Part shown: positions 23,450-33,632 of the stretch, piece by piece
How positions within the stretch are numbered: the first letter of the stretch is position 1
How the letters are laid out: each line of letters begins with the position of its first letter
Source: Gammaproteobacteria bacterium
Lineage (GTDB): Bacteria; Pseudomonadota; Gammaproteobacteria; Eutrophobiales; Eutrophobiaceae
DNA: 64,000 bases
Reading direction: 5' to 3'
Assembly (NCBI GenBank): GCA_965221695.1
Contig: OZ244905.1
Location: forward strand, 1,152,001-1,216,000
Program-made: the position numbers and the translations under genes
Notes under the pieces: model-generated
Databases searched by the model: none
What the model was told of the DNA's origin: nothing
What the model saw: only the letters and a program-made list of their open reading frames with translations

Positions 23450-26400
23450 ATGGCAACTGTTAATGAAAACCCATCTCGGGATGCGTCGGCAAGTATCCAA
23501 ACCAGAGAAACGATGGCCGTTGGCGATACATTCAATGGCATCCTGTCCAATAAGTTCGATGAAGACTGGATAAAAATAGAACTGCAGAGGGGAACAACCT
23601 ACCAGATTAACCTCTCCGGCCGCGGAAAAAACGGCGATGAGGCGGAAGACACCATACTCATGCTGTTCGATGCCAAGGGAAATCACATCGCTACCAATGA
23701 TGATATCGATACCGCAAAAGGCGTATTTGACTCGCAGTTGACATTTACCCCGACGGCCAGTGGCGTCTACTACCTCAGCGCCAGCAGTTACTCTGCAAAT
23801 CCGAACAGGGACAATTCCGGCGCGTACGAGTTGACCGTTATCCTCAGCGGCGCCACGACACCAACACCTCCTCCAACACCGACACCCCCTCCAACACCAA
23901 CGCCCCCTCCCACCCCCACTCCGCCCCCGGACCCGGGTGCCGGGCCCGATATCATCGGAACCGGCGTCCGTGAAACGCTGAACGGCAGCGCGCGCGGGGA
24001 AACCATCAGGGGTCTTGGAGGCAGCGATACGCTCAACGGGCGCGGCGGTAACGACACGTTGGACGGCGGTGGCGGCGACGACACCTTGAATGGCGGCGCT
24101 GGCGCCGATGTGCTGATCGGCGGGACCGGCATTAATAGCGCGTCTTATGCCGATTCGCCCGACGGCGTCACCGTGCGTCTGCATAATGCGGTAGCCCGTG
24201 GAGGCGATGCGCAGGGCGACACGTTCGGGCGGTTCATCACCTGGACCTACACAGAGAATGGCGAGACCGTCTCGGTACAAACGCCCGATATTATCCACCT
24301 GACCGGTTCAGATGAAGACGATATTCTGGCCGGCGATGCCAGGGCGAATACCCTGCGCGGCGGTGAGGGCGACGATACGCTTTTCGGCGGGCCAGGCGGC
24401 AACCACACCAATGACGACAGGCTCTATGGTGATGACGGCGACGACAAGCTGTTTGGCGGTCTTGGCGATGACTGGTTGTACGGCGACGACGGCGACGATT
24501 TACTCAGTGGCGGCGACCATCAAGACACGCTCGACGGCGGCGATGACGATGACGAGTTATACGGCGGCGACGGCAACGATGAACTCAACGGCGGGAGGGG
24601 CGCAGACAGGCTGTTCGGCGAGGCAGGTAATGATGAACTACGTGGCAACCTGGGTAATGACGTCTTATCCGGCGGCGATGGCCGGGACGACCTGTACGGC
24701 GGTGACGGCCACGACAAACTGATTGGCGGCGACGGCAATGACGACATGGAGGGCCAGGATGGTGATGACATACTGGAAGGCGGTAGCGGCAATGACGACA
24801 TGGTTGGTGGCTTCGGCGATGACATCTTCAAGTTCAGTTTTGGCGCGGGGGACGATGTCATCGAAGATTTTACTCCCGGTGAAGACAGGATCGATCTGAC
24901 AACGATTTCCAGCATTAACGATTTTGACGATCTGGATATCAGCGAATTCGGCAACAATGTTCTGATTGAACTGCCGGGCCGCGCGGAACTGGTACTTGAA
25001 GGCGTGTTGCTCAGTCACCTGACTGAAGATGAGTTTATTTTCAGCGGCAGCCGTGATCCTGACCCCGACCCTGATCCGGATCCGGATCCGACGCCTGACC
25101 CTGACCCGGATCCCCCGGTAACGGGCGATCCTAACGCCGACCGCCTGCACGGCAGCAACAGTGGCGACAGCCTGGACGGCCGCGCCGGTAACGATGTGCT
25201 GTACGGCGGCCGCGGCAACGACACACTCAAGGGTGGCGCAGGGGTTGACAGCCTCGAAGGCGGCCCCGGTGATGACACTCTGATCGTCGATTACTTTGAT
25301 TTTACCGACGGCAAGACGCCGCCTGACGACGGCAACAGGACCATGGCGCAGGGCGTGATGGATGGCGGCGAGAATGACGACGGCAGCGCCGACGGCGATA
25401 CCTTGTCTTTCGCGGAATTCACGGATGAGGACGGCAACGGCGAGGGCGTTGGGGTAACCCTGGCAAACGATGGCGTGATCTACAAGGGCGATGTCGATAC
25501 CGGCGCTGCCGTTACGGGCTTTTACAAAAACATTGAGAACGTTATAGGCAGCCGTTACGGCGACAGGATCACGGGCGATGGCGCTGACAACGTGATAGAG
25601 GGTGGCCCCGGGATCGATACACTGAATGGCGGCAGCGGCACGGATACCGTTTCCTACCGCCATTCACCTAGCAGTGTTACCGTAACGATCAACGGCGAAG
25701 CGTTCAAAGGCGACGCGGCCGGCGACATCCTGAGTAATTTCGAAAATATTATCGGTTCCGCCTATAACGATATCCTGACCGGCGACCGGGGTAATAACGT
25801 GATGGAAGGACTGGCAGGCGCCGATACCCTGGACGGCGCAAGAGGCACGGATACCCTGTCCTACGCGAGTTCCAATAGTGGTGTCAGCATCAACCTGAAC
25901 CGGGGAACCGGCGATTTTGACGACCAGAACAACACCATCCTGACCAGCAGCGGTGGTCATGCCGCCGGCGACAAGGTCAAGTACGGCGCGTTCGCCAACG
26001 TCATTGGCTCCGCTCACCGGGACAACCTGACCGGCGACAATGACGCCAACACGCTGCACGGCGGCGACGGTAACGACACTTTGAACGGCGATGACGGCGA
26101 CGATCTCCTCAATGGCGGCCCCGGCGGCGACACGCTGGACGGCGGCGACGGCAACATGGATATTGCCACCTACGCAGAGGCCGGCGCCTCGGTGACCATC
26201 GATCTCTCCGGCAGTAGCGGCCGGGGCACCGGCGGCGATGCCCGCGGCGATACCTATAGAAATATCGAAAAGTACGTGGGTTCCGCTTTCGACGACATCT
26301 TCATCGCCGGCAAAAACCCCGACAATTTCGACGGCGGCAACGGTTCGGATACCGTTTCCTACATCAGGTCCGGCGTCGCGGTCGCGGTGGACCTGACAGA

Positions 26401-28909
26401 CCGCGATGGGCAGGACGCGACGGGTGATTTTGATAATGAGGATAACTACGCAAAGGGAGACACACTAACCAGCATCGAAAACATTATCGGTTCCGATGTC
26501 AGCGCCGGCGATAGCAACGCCACCCACGACAACCTTGAAGGCAACAGCGGCGCCAATGTCATAGACGCGCGCGCGGGCAACGACCTCGTAGACGGCGGCG
26601 CCGGCGACGACACGATCACCGGCGGGCGCGGTAGCGACACGCTTACCGGCGGCGCTGGCGCCGATACGTTCGTCTTCGCCTCCGGCGACGGTAAGGATAC
26701 CATTACAGACTTCAGCATAGGCACGGATAAAATAGACCTGAGCGCTTACCGCAACCTCGATTTTGTCACCGCAAAAGAGGGGGACGCGAACACCATCGAC
26801 CTGCCGGGCAACGACGAGATTACGCTGAACGGCGTGAGTGTGGACAGACTGGGCGCGGATGACGTGATTTTCTACAACCGTGACGCCGACAACGTGTTGA
26901 GCGGCAACAGCGACGGCAACCTCATCTGGGGCGGCGGAGGCGATGACAGGATCGACGGGCGCGGTGGCGCGGACACCATCAATGGTGGTCCGGGCGATGA
27001 CGACCTCATCGGTGGCGCCGGCAACGATACCATCAATGGCAATGCAGGGGATGACACCATTGAAGGCAGCGACGGCGCGGATAACATGAACGGCGGCGAT
27101 GGCATCGACACCCTGTCGTATGCAGGCTCGCCGCAGCGCACTGGCGATCGTAACGCGGCGGACTATATTTCCGGCGTGACGGTGACATTGAACGGCTCTG
27201 CCAGTGGCCCCGGCACCGATGCGGAGACCACTGACGGCACGACTACCACTTCGGATACCAGCGCAGGTTTCGAGAATCTTACCGGCAGCCGCTACGATGA
27301 CTCACTGACCGGCGACGGCGGGGCCAACGTCATCAAGGGCGGCAGCGGCAACGACATGCTTGACGGTGGCGGCGGCGCCGACACCCTGGAAGGCGGCCCG
27401 GGCGCTGACACGATTACCGCTAGCGGCAGCGATGACTTCCTGTCCTATGAAGGCTCCAACTCCAGTGTCCGGATCGACCTGAGCGCAGGCGCTACGACGG
27501 ACAATATCACCTACATCGAGACTGCCAGCGGCGGCGACGCCTCGGGCGACAAGATCACGCATGGGCAGTTCCTGAACATTATCGGTTCCCGCTCCAGCGA
27601 CACGCTGACCGGCGACGACGGCAACGCCGACAACAATATCCTGGACGGGCGCGCCGGCAACGACACCCTGACCGGCCACGGCGGCAACGATACCCTGACA
27701 GGCGGAACAGGCAACGACACGTTGCGGGGCGGCGAAGGCAATGACACCCTGGACGGCGGTCCGGGCAGAGACAGCCTGGACGGCGGCGGTTCGGACGCGA
27801 ATCCGGGGACGGATACCGCAACCTACGCCAGCGCGACGGCAAGCGTGACCGTGGACCTGGACAGCGGCAACAGCGGAGGCGGCGACGCCGAAGGCGACAC
27901 CTACGACGGGATTGAAAAATATCTCGGCTCTGCGCACAACGATGTGTTTATCGCCGGGAAGAATGCACATGATATTAACGGCGGTGACGGTTCGGACACC
28001 GTGTCCTACGAAAGGTCGAGCGGCGCGGTCGAGGTGGATCTGACAGACCGCGATGGGCAGGACGCCACGGGTGATTTTGATAATGAGAACAACTATGCCA
28101 GGGGAGATACGCTGACCGGTATCGAAAACATCACCGGTTCAAACTACGACGACGACCTGACTGCCGGCAATGGCGGGAGCGTCATCGACGGCAACAGGGG
28201 CGATGATGATCTGACCAGCGGGCCCGGCGCCGACATTTTCGTATTTGTCAGTGGCGATGGTGATGACGAGGTGTTCGGTTTCTCCAAGGATTCAGACAAG
28301 ATCGACCTCAGCGGATTTTCCAGCATCGCCTCCATGGCTGACCTGGACATCAGCCCGGTGGGCGTGAATGATGCCAATACAGAAATTGATTTGCCCGGCA
28401 ATGGCGAGATCACGCTTTACGGGATAACTGAAGCTGACCTGAGCGCTGACAACTTCATTTTTTACGACCGGTCCGTCAACGGCTCCAGCGGCGGCAACAT
28501 CCTCAAAGGTGACAACTACAACAACACCATAGACGGACAGGGCGGCAACGACCGTATCTTTGGCGAAGCCGGCAGAGATGTCCTCAAGGGCGGTTCCGGT
28601 GACGATGAAATGTATGGCGGCGAGGACAATGACATCCTCGATGGCGGCGCCGATAACGACCTGATGGATGGCGGCCCCGGCGAAGACACCTTCGTGTTTG
28701 CCCCCGGACATGGCAACGACCACATCATGGACTTCACCAGGGGGTCTGACGTCATAGACCTGACCGCGTTTGCCCTGATTGATGACTTCTCTGACCTGAC
28801 AACGAGACGGGATGGGGATAACCTGGTCATTGACCTGTCTGCTTATGACAGCGGAACCATCACCTTGTTGGGTGTCACCAGTATTGATGGCAACGACTTC
28901 TTGTTTTAG
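23450..28909 (+). CDS. Large RTX-type calcium-binding secreted protein with an N-terminal PPC-like domain
   Basis: PPC-like DEDWIKIEL...NDDID...DSQLTFT...GVYYL; PT and DP linkers; dozens of GGxGxDxL nonapeptides; no signal peptide; T1SS-like C-terminus ITLLGVTSIDGNDFLF. Confidence 0.9.
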   Translation: MATVNENPSRDASASIQTRETMAVGDTFNGILSNKFDEDWIKIELQRGTTYQINLSGRGKNGDEAEDTILMLFDAKGNHIATNDDIDTAKGVFDSQLTFTPTASGVYYLSASSYSANPNRDNSGAYELTVILSGATTPTPPPTPTPPPTPTPPPTPTPPPDPGAGPDIIGTGVRETLNGSARGETIRGLGGSDTLNGRGGNDTLDGGGGDDTLNGGAGADVLIGGTGINSASYADSPDGVTVRLHNAVARGGDAQGDTFGRFITWTYTENGETVSVQTPDIIHLTGSDEDDILAGDARANTLRGGEGDDTLFGGPGGNHTNDDRLYGDDGDDKLFGGLGDDWLYGDDGDDLLSGGDHQDTLDGGDDDDELYGGDGNDELNGGRGADRLFGEAGNDELRGNLGNDVLSGGDGRDDLYGGDGHDKLIGGDGNDDMEGQDGDDILEGGSGNDDMVGGFGDDIFKFSFGAGDDVIEDFTPGEDRIDLTTISSINDFDDLDISEFGNNVLIELPGRAELVLEGVLLSHLTEDEFIFSGSRDPDPDPDPDPDPTPDPDPDPPVTGDPNADRLHGSNSGDSLDGRAGNDVLYGGRGNDTLKGGAGVDSLEGGPGDDTLIVDYFDFTDGKTPPDDGNRTMAQGVMDGGENDDGSADGDTLSFAEFTDEDGNGEGVGVTLANDGVIYKGDVDTGAAVTGFYKNIENVIGSRYGDRITGDGADNVIEGGPGIDTLNGGSGTDTVSYRHSPSSVTVTINGEAFKGDAAGDILSNFENIIGSAYNDILTGDRGNNVMEGLAGADTLDGARGTDTLSYASSNSGVSINLNRGTGDFDDQNNTILTSSGGHAAGDKVKYGAFANVIGSAHRDNLTGDNDANTLHGGDGNDTLNGDDGDDLLNGGPGGDTLDGGDGNMDIATYAEAGASVTIDLSGSSGRGTGGDARGDTYRNIEKYVGSAFDDIFIAGKNPDNFDGGNGSDTVSYIRSGVAVAVDLTDRDGQDATGDFDNEDNYAKGDTLTSIENIIGSDVSAGDSNATHDNLEGNSGANVIDARAGNDLVDGGAGDDTITGGRGSDTLTGGAGADTFVFASGDGKDTITDFSIGTDKIDLSAYRNLDFVTAKEGDANTIDLPGNDEITLNGVSVDRLGADDVIFYNRDADNVLSGNSDGNLIWGGGGDDRIDGRGGADTINGGPGDDDLIGGAGNDTINGNAGDDTIEGSDGADNMNGGDGIDTLSYAGSPQRTGDRNAADYISGVTVTLNGSASGPGTDAETTDGTTTTSDTSAGFENLTGSRYDDSLTGDGGANVIKGGSGNDMLDGGGGADTLEGGPGADTITASGSDDFLSYEGSNSSVRIDLSAGATTDNITYIETASGGDASGDKITHGQFLNIIGSRSSDTLTGDDGNADNNILDGRAGNDTLTGHGGNDTLTGGTGNDTLRGGEGNDTLDGGPGRDSLDGGGSDANPGTDTATYASATASVTVDLDSGNSGGGDAEGDTYDGIEKYLGSAHNDVFIAGKNAHDINGGDGSDTVSYERSSGAVEVDLTDRDGQDATGDFDNENNYARGDTLTGIENITGSNYDDDLTAGNGGSVIDGNRGDDDLTSGPGADIFVFVSGDGDDEVFGFSKDSDKIDLSGFSSIASMADLDISPVGVNDANTEIDLPGNGEITLYGITEADLSADNFIFYDRSVNGSSGGNILKGDNYNNTIDGQGGNDRIFGEAGRDVLKGGSGDDEMYGGEDNDILDGGADNDLMDGGPGEDTFVFAPGHGNDHIMDFTRGSDVIDLTAFALIDDFSDLTTRRDGDNLVIDLSAYDSGTITLLGVTSIDGNDFLF

Positions 28910-28947
28910 TCCGAATATCTTACCAATTGATGCGCCAATCTGACCTT

Positions 28948-28991
28948 GGGAAGCTCTGAACAAGTCCATCGTGGACTTGTCAGAGGTTCCC
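28948..28991. mobile_element. Family A miniature element (44-bp form)
   Basis: GGGAAGCTCTGA-ACAAGTCCATCGTGGACTTG-TCAGAGGTTCCC; abuts the parE stop codon. Confidence 0.85.
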
Positions 28992-30878
28992 CTATATCGT
29001 CGCCAGGTCGCCTTTGCGTTCCAGCCAGTCCTTACGGTCCGGGGCGCGTTTCTTTGCCAGCAGCATGTCCATCATCCGGTCTGACTGATCGTCTTCCGGC
29101 AAAGTAAGTTGGACCAGCCGGCGGGTTTCCGGCGCCATCGCCGACTCGCGCAATTGCATGGGGTTCATCTCCCCCAGTCCTTTGAAACGTTGGACATTGA
29201 CCGCGCCCTTTATCTTCTCCGCGGCGATACGGTCGAGCACACCGGATTTTTCCGCATCGTCCAGCGCGTAGAAGACTTCCTTGCCCACATCGATGCGGTA
29301 CAGGGGCGGCATCGCCACATACACATGTCCGGCGCGCACCAGCGGGCGAAAATGCTTAAGGAACAGCGCGCACAGCAGGGTGGCGATATGCAGGCCGTCG
29401 GAATCGGCATCGGCCAGGATACAGATGCGGCCGTAGCGCAACCGGGACAGGTCATCGGAACCCGGGTCCACGCCCAGGGCCACCGAGATATCGTGGACTT
29501 CCTTTGAGGACAGCACTTCACCCGGTTCCACTTCCCAGGTATTCAGGATCTTGCCCCGCAACGGCATGACGGCCTGGAATTCCCGATCCCGTGCTTGCTT
29601 GGCGGAACCACCGGCAGAATCGCCCTCCACCAGGAACAACTCGCTGTTTTCGGCGGACTGGCTGGCGCAGTCCGCGAGCTTGCCCGGCAACGCCGGTCCA
29701 CTGGTGATCTTCTTGCGCACGACGCTCTTGCCGGCTTTCAACCGGTTCTGGGCATGCCGGATTGCCAGTTCGGCGATCCTCTCGCCGGTCTCCACATGCT
29801 GGTGCAGCCACTGGCTTAGGGCATCGCGCACCACCCCGGAAACGAAGGTGGAACATTCCCTGGAAGCCAACCTTTCCTTGGTCTGCCCCAGGAACTGGGG
29901 ATTGTCCAACTTTACCGAGAGCAGGTAAGCGCAGCGGTCCCAGACATCCTCTGCGCTCAGCTTGACGCCGCGGGGTAGCAGGTTGCGCGATTCGCAGAAC
30001 TCCCGCAAGGCCTCCAGCATGCCCTGGCGCAGGCCGTTCACATGGGTGCCGCCCTGGGTGGTGGGCACCAGGTTCACGTAACTCTCCGTGATTAGGTCGC
30101 CGGGTTCAGGCAGCCAATGTACCGCCCAATCCACTTGTTCGTCATTGCCTTGCATATGGCCTTTAAACGGCTCCACAGGCAGTAATTCAACGCCGGACAG
30201 CATGCTGGACAGGTAAGCGCTGACGCCGTCCTCGTAGCGCCACTCCACCTGTTCGCCGGCGGCTTCATCATTGAGACTGACCATCAGACCGGGACATAAC
30301 ACCGCCTTGGCGCGCAACAGGTGTTTGAGCTTCGCTCTTGCCACCGAGACGGTATCGAAGTAAGCCGGGTCGGGCCAAAAGCGCAGGGTGGTGCCGGTGT
30401 TGCGTTTGCCGACCTCCGCTATCACCTCAAGCGGACTGACGCGCTTGCCATCGACAAAAGCCATATTGTATTCCTTACCGTCGCGCTTGACCCAGACCTC
30501 CAGGTGTTTCGACAAGCCGTTGACCACGGACACACCCACGCCATGCAAGCCGCCGGAGAAGCGGTAGTTCTTGTCGGAGAACTTGCCCCCGGCATGCAAA
30601 CGGGTCAGCGCCACTTCCACGCCCGGGAGTTTCTCGCCCGGGTGTACGTCCACGGGCATGCCCCTGCCGTTGTCCGCGACGGTGATGGAATTATCCTTAT
30701 GCAAGGTAACTTCAACCTTGTCGGCATGGCCGATAATGGCTTCATCGACGCTGTTGTCGACCACTTCCTGCACCAGGTGATTGGGCCGCGTGGTATCCGT
30801 GTACATGCCCGGCCGTTTGCGCACTGGTTCAAGACCGGTGAGTACTTCGATATCGGCAGCGGCGTAGGTGTCAGCCAT
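28992..30878 (-). CDS. parE: DNA topoisomerase IV subunit B
   Basis: GLEPVRKRPGMY, EVVDNSVDE, GGLHGVGVS, EGDSAGG, PLRGKILN, DADSDG, QRFKGLGEM. Confidence 0.97.
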   Translation of the reverse strand: MADTYAAADIEVLTGLEPVRKRPGMYTDTTRPNHLVQEVVDNSVDEAIIGHADKVEVTLHKDNSITVADNGRGMPVDVHPGEKLPGVEVALTRLHAGGKFSDKNYRFSGGLHGVGVSVVNGLSKHLEVWVKRDGKEYNMAFVDGKRVSPLEVIAEVGKRNTGTTLRFWPDPAYFDTVSVARAKLKHLLRAKAVLCPGLMVSLNDEAAGEQVEWRYEDGVSAYLSSMLSGVELLPVEPFKGHMQGNDEQVDWAVHWLPEPGDLITESYVNLVPTTQGGTHVNGLRQGMLEALREFCESRNLLPRGVKLSAEDVWDRCAYLLSVKLDNPQFLGQTKERLASRECSTFVSGVVRDALSQWLHQHVETGERIAELAIRHAQNRLKAGKSVVRKKITSGPALPGKLADCASQSAENSELFLVEGDSAGGSAKQARDREFQAVMPLRGKILNTWEVEPGEVLSSKEVHDISVALGVDPGSDDLSRLRYGRICILADADSDGLHIATLLCALFLKHFRPLVRAGHVYVAMPPLYRIDVGKEVFYALDDAEKSGVLDRIAAEKIKGAVNVQRFKGLGEMNPMQLRESAMAPETRRLVQLTLPEDDQSDRMMDMLLAKKRAPDRKDWLERKGDLATI

Positions 30879-30955
30879 GGGCGTCGTCGGATTATAATGG
30901 ATTGCTGCCCCTGCTTACAGCGCACAAACCCAACCCTGCGCCGGAATGAAAACCA

Positions 30956-31546
30956 CTATGCGGTTAAATCGCCGACCAGCGATGCGCGTATTGCCGTAGC
31001 GATGGGCGCTACCTGGCAAGTATAGTCCGCATGGCTGATACCGGCGGAAATTTCCGCACCCTGTTGCAGCGCGCTGATATCCTCCGGCGACAACTCAAAG
31101 CGCATGAAGTGCACGGATGAAGTCTTGGCTCCGGTCGCGCGTTCGAGATCTTCATCGCAAACCGGCACAATAACCGGACCGGCGCCCACGCGCATCCAGA
31201 CACAGTCTTCTACGCCGACCAGTTTTGCCAGCATCTCCCTGCGCTCGGTAGGGTCATCGTATTCCAGCATGAATGTGGCCTTCCAGTTGTGCCCATCCGG
31301 GATTAGCGGATTATAGGCCGCCAGTTCCTCTTCGATCGCGTCGCGCTCGAAGATTCTCTCAATGCGCAGCATCTCCTGTACCTGGTAGTGGATGGTGAGG
31401 CGATCTTCAAAATACAGGTTGGCGTTGGCGCCCAGCGCCAGCCGCCGCGCCTTTTTGTGCTGCATTACCCTGGCGCGGAAATCGCTGCGTACCTGCGAAT
31501 ATTTCTCCAGCGTGAAGAGGTCTTCCCTGTTCAGTTTTGCCGGCAT
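30956..31546 (-). CDS. DUF3501 family protein
   Basis: FEDRLTIHYQVQEMLRIE, YNPLIP, KTSSVHF; start reassigned to MPAKL at 31546; follows rubrerythrin and the Fe-S oxidoreductase. Confidence 0.85.
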   Translation of the reverse strand: MPAKLNREDLFTLEKYSQVRSDFRARVMQHKKARRLALGANANLYFEDRLTIHYQVQEMLRIERIFERDAIEEELAAYNPLIPDGHNWKATFMLEYDDPTERREMLAKLVGVEDCVWMRVGAGPVIVPVCDEDLERATGAKTSSVHFMRFELSPEDISALQQGAEISAGISHADYTCQVAPIATAIRASLVGDLTA

Positions 31547-31547
31547 T

Positions 31548-32891
31548 TCACAAACCGTAAGCAGTCTTGAGTAGGGAAAAAGCGGATTCGGCTGCGCCCG
31601 GATCATCTTTCCCCATGCCGTTTTCAATCTGTGCGCCCGCCATCGGACAATCGCTGACATAATGATCTGCCTGTGCCTGCTTGACCTTGTTCACCACCGG
31701 ACGGCAGATTTTTTTGGAAATTTCGTGACTCTCGGCCTTCACTGCGTAGGTGCCGTCATGGCCGGAGCAGCGTTCGATTACCTCGATTTGGGTATCCGGC
31801 GCCAGCGCCAGTACATCGCGGGTCTTCAGCCCGATATTCTGCACCCGCTGGTGACAGGGCGCGTGGTAGACGATTTTGCCCAGGGATTGCCTGAAATCGG
31901 TCTTCAGCTTCCCCTCCTTATGGCGCAGCATCAGGTATTCAAACGGGTCATAAAATGCCTGCCGCACCTTCTCCACCTGCTCATCATCGGGGAACATCAG
32001 CGGAAGTTCCTGCTTGAACATCAATACACAGGAAGGGATGGGGGCAACAATGTCCCAACCCTGTTCCACCAGCGCCGCGAGTTGGGGTACGTTGACGTTT
32101 TTTGCGCGCTCCACCGCATCCAAGTCACCCAGTTCCAGCTTGGGCATGCCGCAGCAATCCTCTTTTTCCGCCAGGGTCACCGGGATACCGTTATGCTCGA
32201 ATATCGCGATCAGGTCTTGCGTGACCCCGGGGGTGTTCCGGTTGCAGTAACAGGTGACGAACAAGGCTACCTTGCCCGTAGTGCGCCCTGCCGGCTCCGC
32301 TTCAAGCTGCGGCGGACGCCGGTTCTTGACCCGGCTGCGTAAAGACCGGGAATGGAACCGGGGCAAAGGCGCGTCCGCATGCACGCCGGCGGTTTTTTCC
32401 AGCAGTTTGCGCACTGGCCGGGTTTGATTTGCCGCATTCACCAGTTGCGCAACAACGGGGATGCCGGCCAGGTTGCCGACAGTTTTTGTCGAGGTCAGCG
32501 CCTTGTCGCGCCATTTTGTTTTGCCTTCCCTGAAGTTAACGGCCTTGGCACGTAGCATCAGGTGCGGGAAATCGACGTTCCACTCATGGGGTGGCACGTA
32601 GGGACACTTGGTCATGTAGCAGAGATCGCATAAATAACATTGATCCACGACCTTGCCGTAATCTTCCTGCGCTACGCCATCCACTTCCATAGTCTCCGAC
32701 TCATCGATCAGGTCAAACAGGGTGGGGAACGCATTACACAGGCTGACACACCGGCGGCAACCGTGGCAGATGTCAAACACGCGTTCCAACTCCGTGTTCA
32801 ACGCCTGCTGGTCATAATAGTCCGGCTGCTTCCACTCGATGGTATGGCGGGTGGGCGCTTCCAGGCTGCCCTCGCGTAGGTCGGCACTCAT
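31548..32891 (-). CDS. Rubrerythrin-associated Fe-S oxidoreductase (GlpC/HdrD-like, CCG domains)
   Basis: CHGCRRCVSLC, CYLCDLCYMTKCP, CCGMP, CSGHDG. Confidence 0.88.
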   Translation of the reverse strand: MSADLREGSLEAPTRHTIEWKQPDYYDQQALNTELERVFDICHGCRRCVSLCNAFPTLFDLIDESETMEVDGVAQEDYGKVVDQCYLCDLCYMTKCPYVPPHEWNVDFPHLMLRAKAVNFREGKTKWRDKALTSTKTVGNLAGIPVVAQLVNAANQTRPVRKLLEKTAGVHADAPLPRFHSRSLRSRVKNRRPPQLEAEPAGRTTGKVALFVTCYCNRNTPGVTQDLIAIFEHNGIPVTLAEKEDCCGMPKLELGDLDAVERAKNVNVPQLAALVEQGWDIVAPIPSCVLMFKQELPLMFPDDEQVEKVRQAFYDPFEYLMLRHKEGKLKTDFRQSLGKIVYHAPCHQRVQNIGLKTRDVLALAPDTQIEVIERCSGHDGTYAVKAESHEISKKICRPVVNKVKQAQADHYVSDCPMAGAQIENGMGKDDPGAAESAFSLLKTAYGL

Positions 32892-32917
32892 AGGGTAGTT
32901 TTCGCAAATTACTGGTT

Positions 32918-32956
32918 AAAAAAGAGCCGGGCTTCAGCGCGCGGCCGGCCCGGCTC
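32918..32956 (-). terminator. Rho-independent terminator or attenuator after rubrerythrin
   Basis: Minus strand GAGCCGGGC...GCCCGGCTC followed by TTTTTT. Confidence 0.7.
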
Positions 32957-32979
32957 GGTATTACTATCGCCTGGTCAAA

Positions 32980-33399
32980 TCAGGCGTCAAGGTTGTCCAG
33001 GGCTTTCTGGAAACGGTTGGCGTGGGAACGTTCCGCCTTGGCGAGAGTCTCGAACCAGTCGGCGATCTCGTCCAGGTTTTCATCCCTGGCGGTCTTGGCC
33101 ATACCGGGATACATATCGGTGTACTCGTAGGTTTCACCGGCAATCGCGGCCTTCAGGTTGTTCTCGGTTGTACCGATCGGCTCGCCCGTAGCGGGGTCGC
33201 CGACTTCTTCAAGGTATTCAAGATGGCCGTGCGCATGGCCGGTTTCGCCTTCGGCAGTTGAACGGAACACTGCGGAGACGTCATTGAAACCCTCCACATC
33301 CGCTTTCTGGGCAAAATACAGGTAGCGACGGTTGGCCTGGGATTCGCCGGCAAATGCCGCCTTCAGGTTGTCTTCAGTTTTGGTGCCTTTCAAACTCAT
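32980..33399 (-). CDS. rbr: Rubrerythrin, short form lacking the rubredoxin domain
   Basis: [39 protein letters not shown]. Confidence 0.93.
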   Translation of the reverse strand: MSLKGTKTEDNLKAAFAGESQANRRYLYFAQKADVEGFNDVSAVFRSTAEGETGHAHGHLEYLEEVGDPATGEPIGTTENNLKAAIAGETYEYTDMYPGMAKTARDENLDEIADWFETLAKAERSHANRFQKALDNLDA

Positions 33400-33467
33400 T
33401 TTCTATCTCCTGGTCTTTGATCTGTTCTGTGGTATTACGCTTTCAGAATAGTGATTGCTCAGTTGGA

Positions 33468-33495
33468 ATTTTACTTATCCCGCCGATAGTGTCAA
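33468..33495 (-). promoter_or_regulatory. Sigma70 promoter of the rbr operon
   Basis: Minus strand TTGACA, 16 nt, TAAAAT. Confidence 0.65.
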
Positions 33496-33516
33496 CTTGA
33501 TAAACCAGGCATTTTC

Positions 33517-33553
33517 ATTGTATTTTTCAATCGCAGGCATAGGTTTTATCAAT
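33517..33553 (-). promoter_or_regulatory. OxyR-type four-box LysR binding site
   Basis: Minus strand ATTG-N7-CTAT-N7-ATTG-N7-CAAT versus the OxyR consensus ATAG-N7-CTAT-N7-ATAG-N7-CTAT. Confidence 0.65.
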
Positions 33554-33632
33554 AAGCCGGGGCCACAGCAAATTTTTACTCTGCTCCCGAATATCGGTAC
33601 AATCCTCGGAATTATCGACCGGAGGCCAACTC

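Noticed and set aside
23855-25117. PT and DP repeats as phase-variable DNA repeats
   Set aside because: Codons vary, so these are protein-level linkers rather than perfect nucleotide repeats
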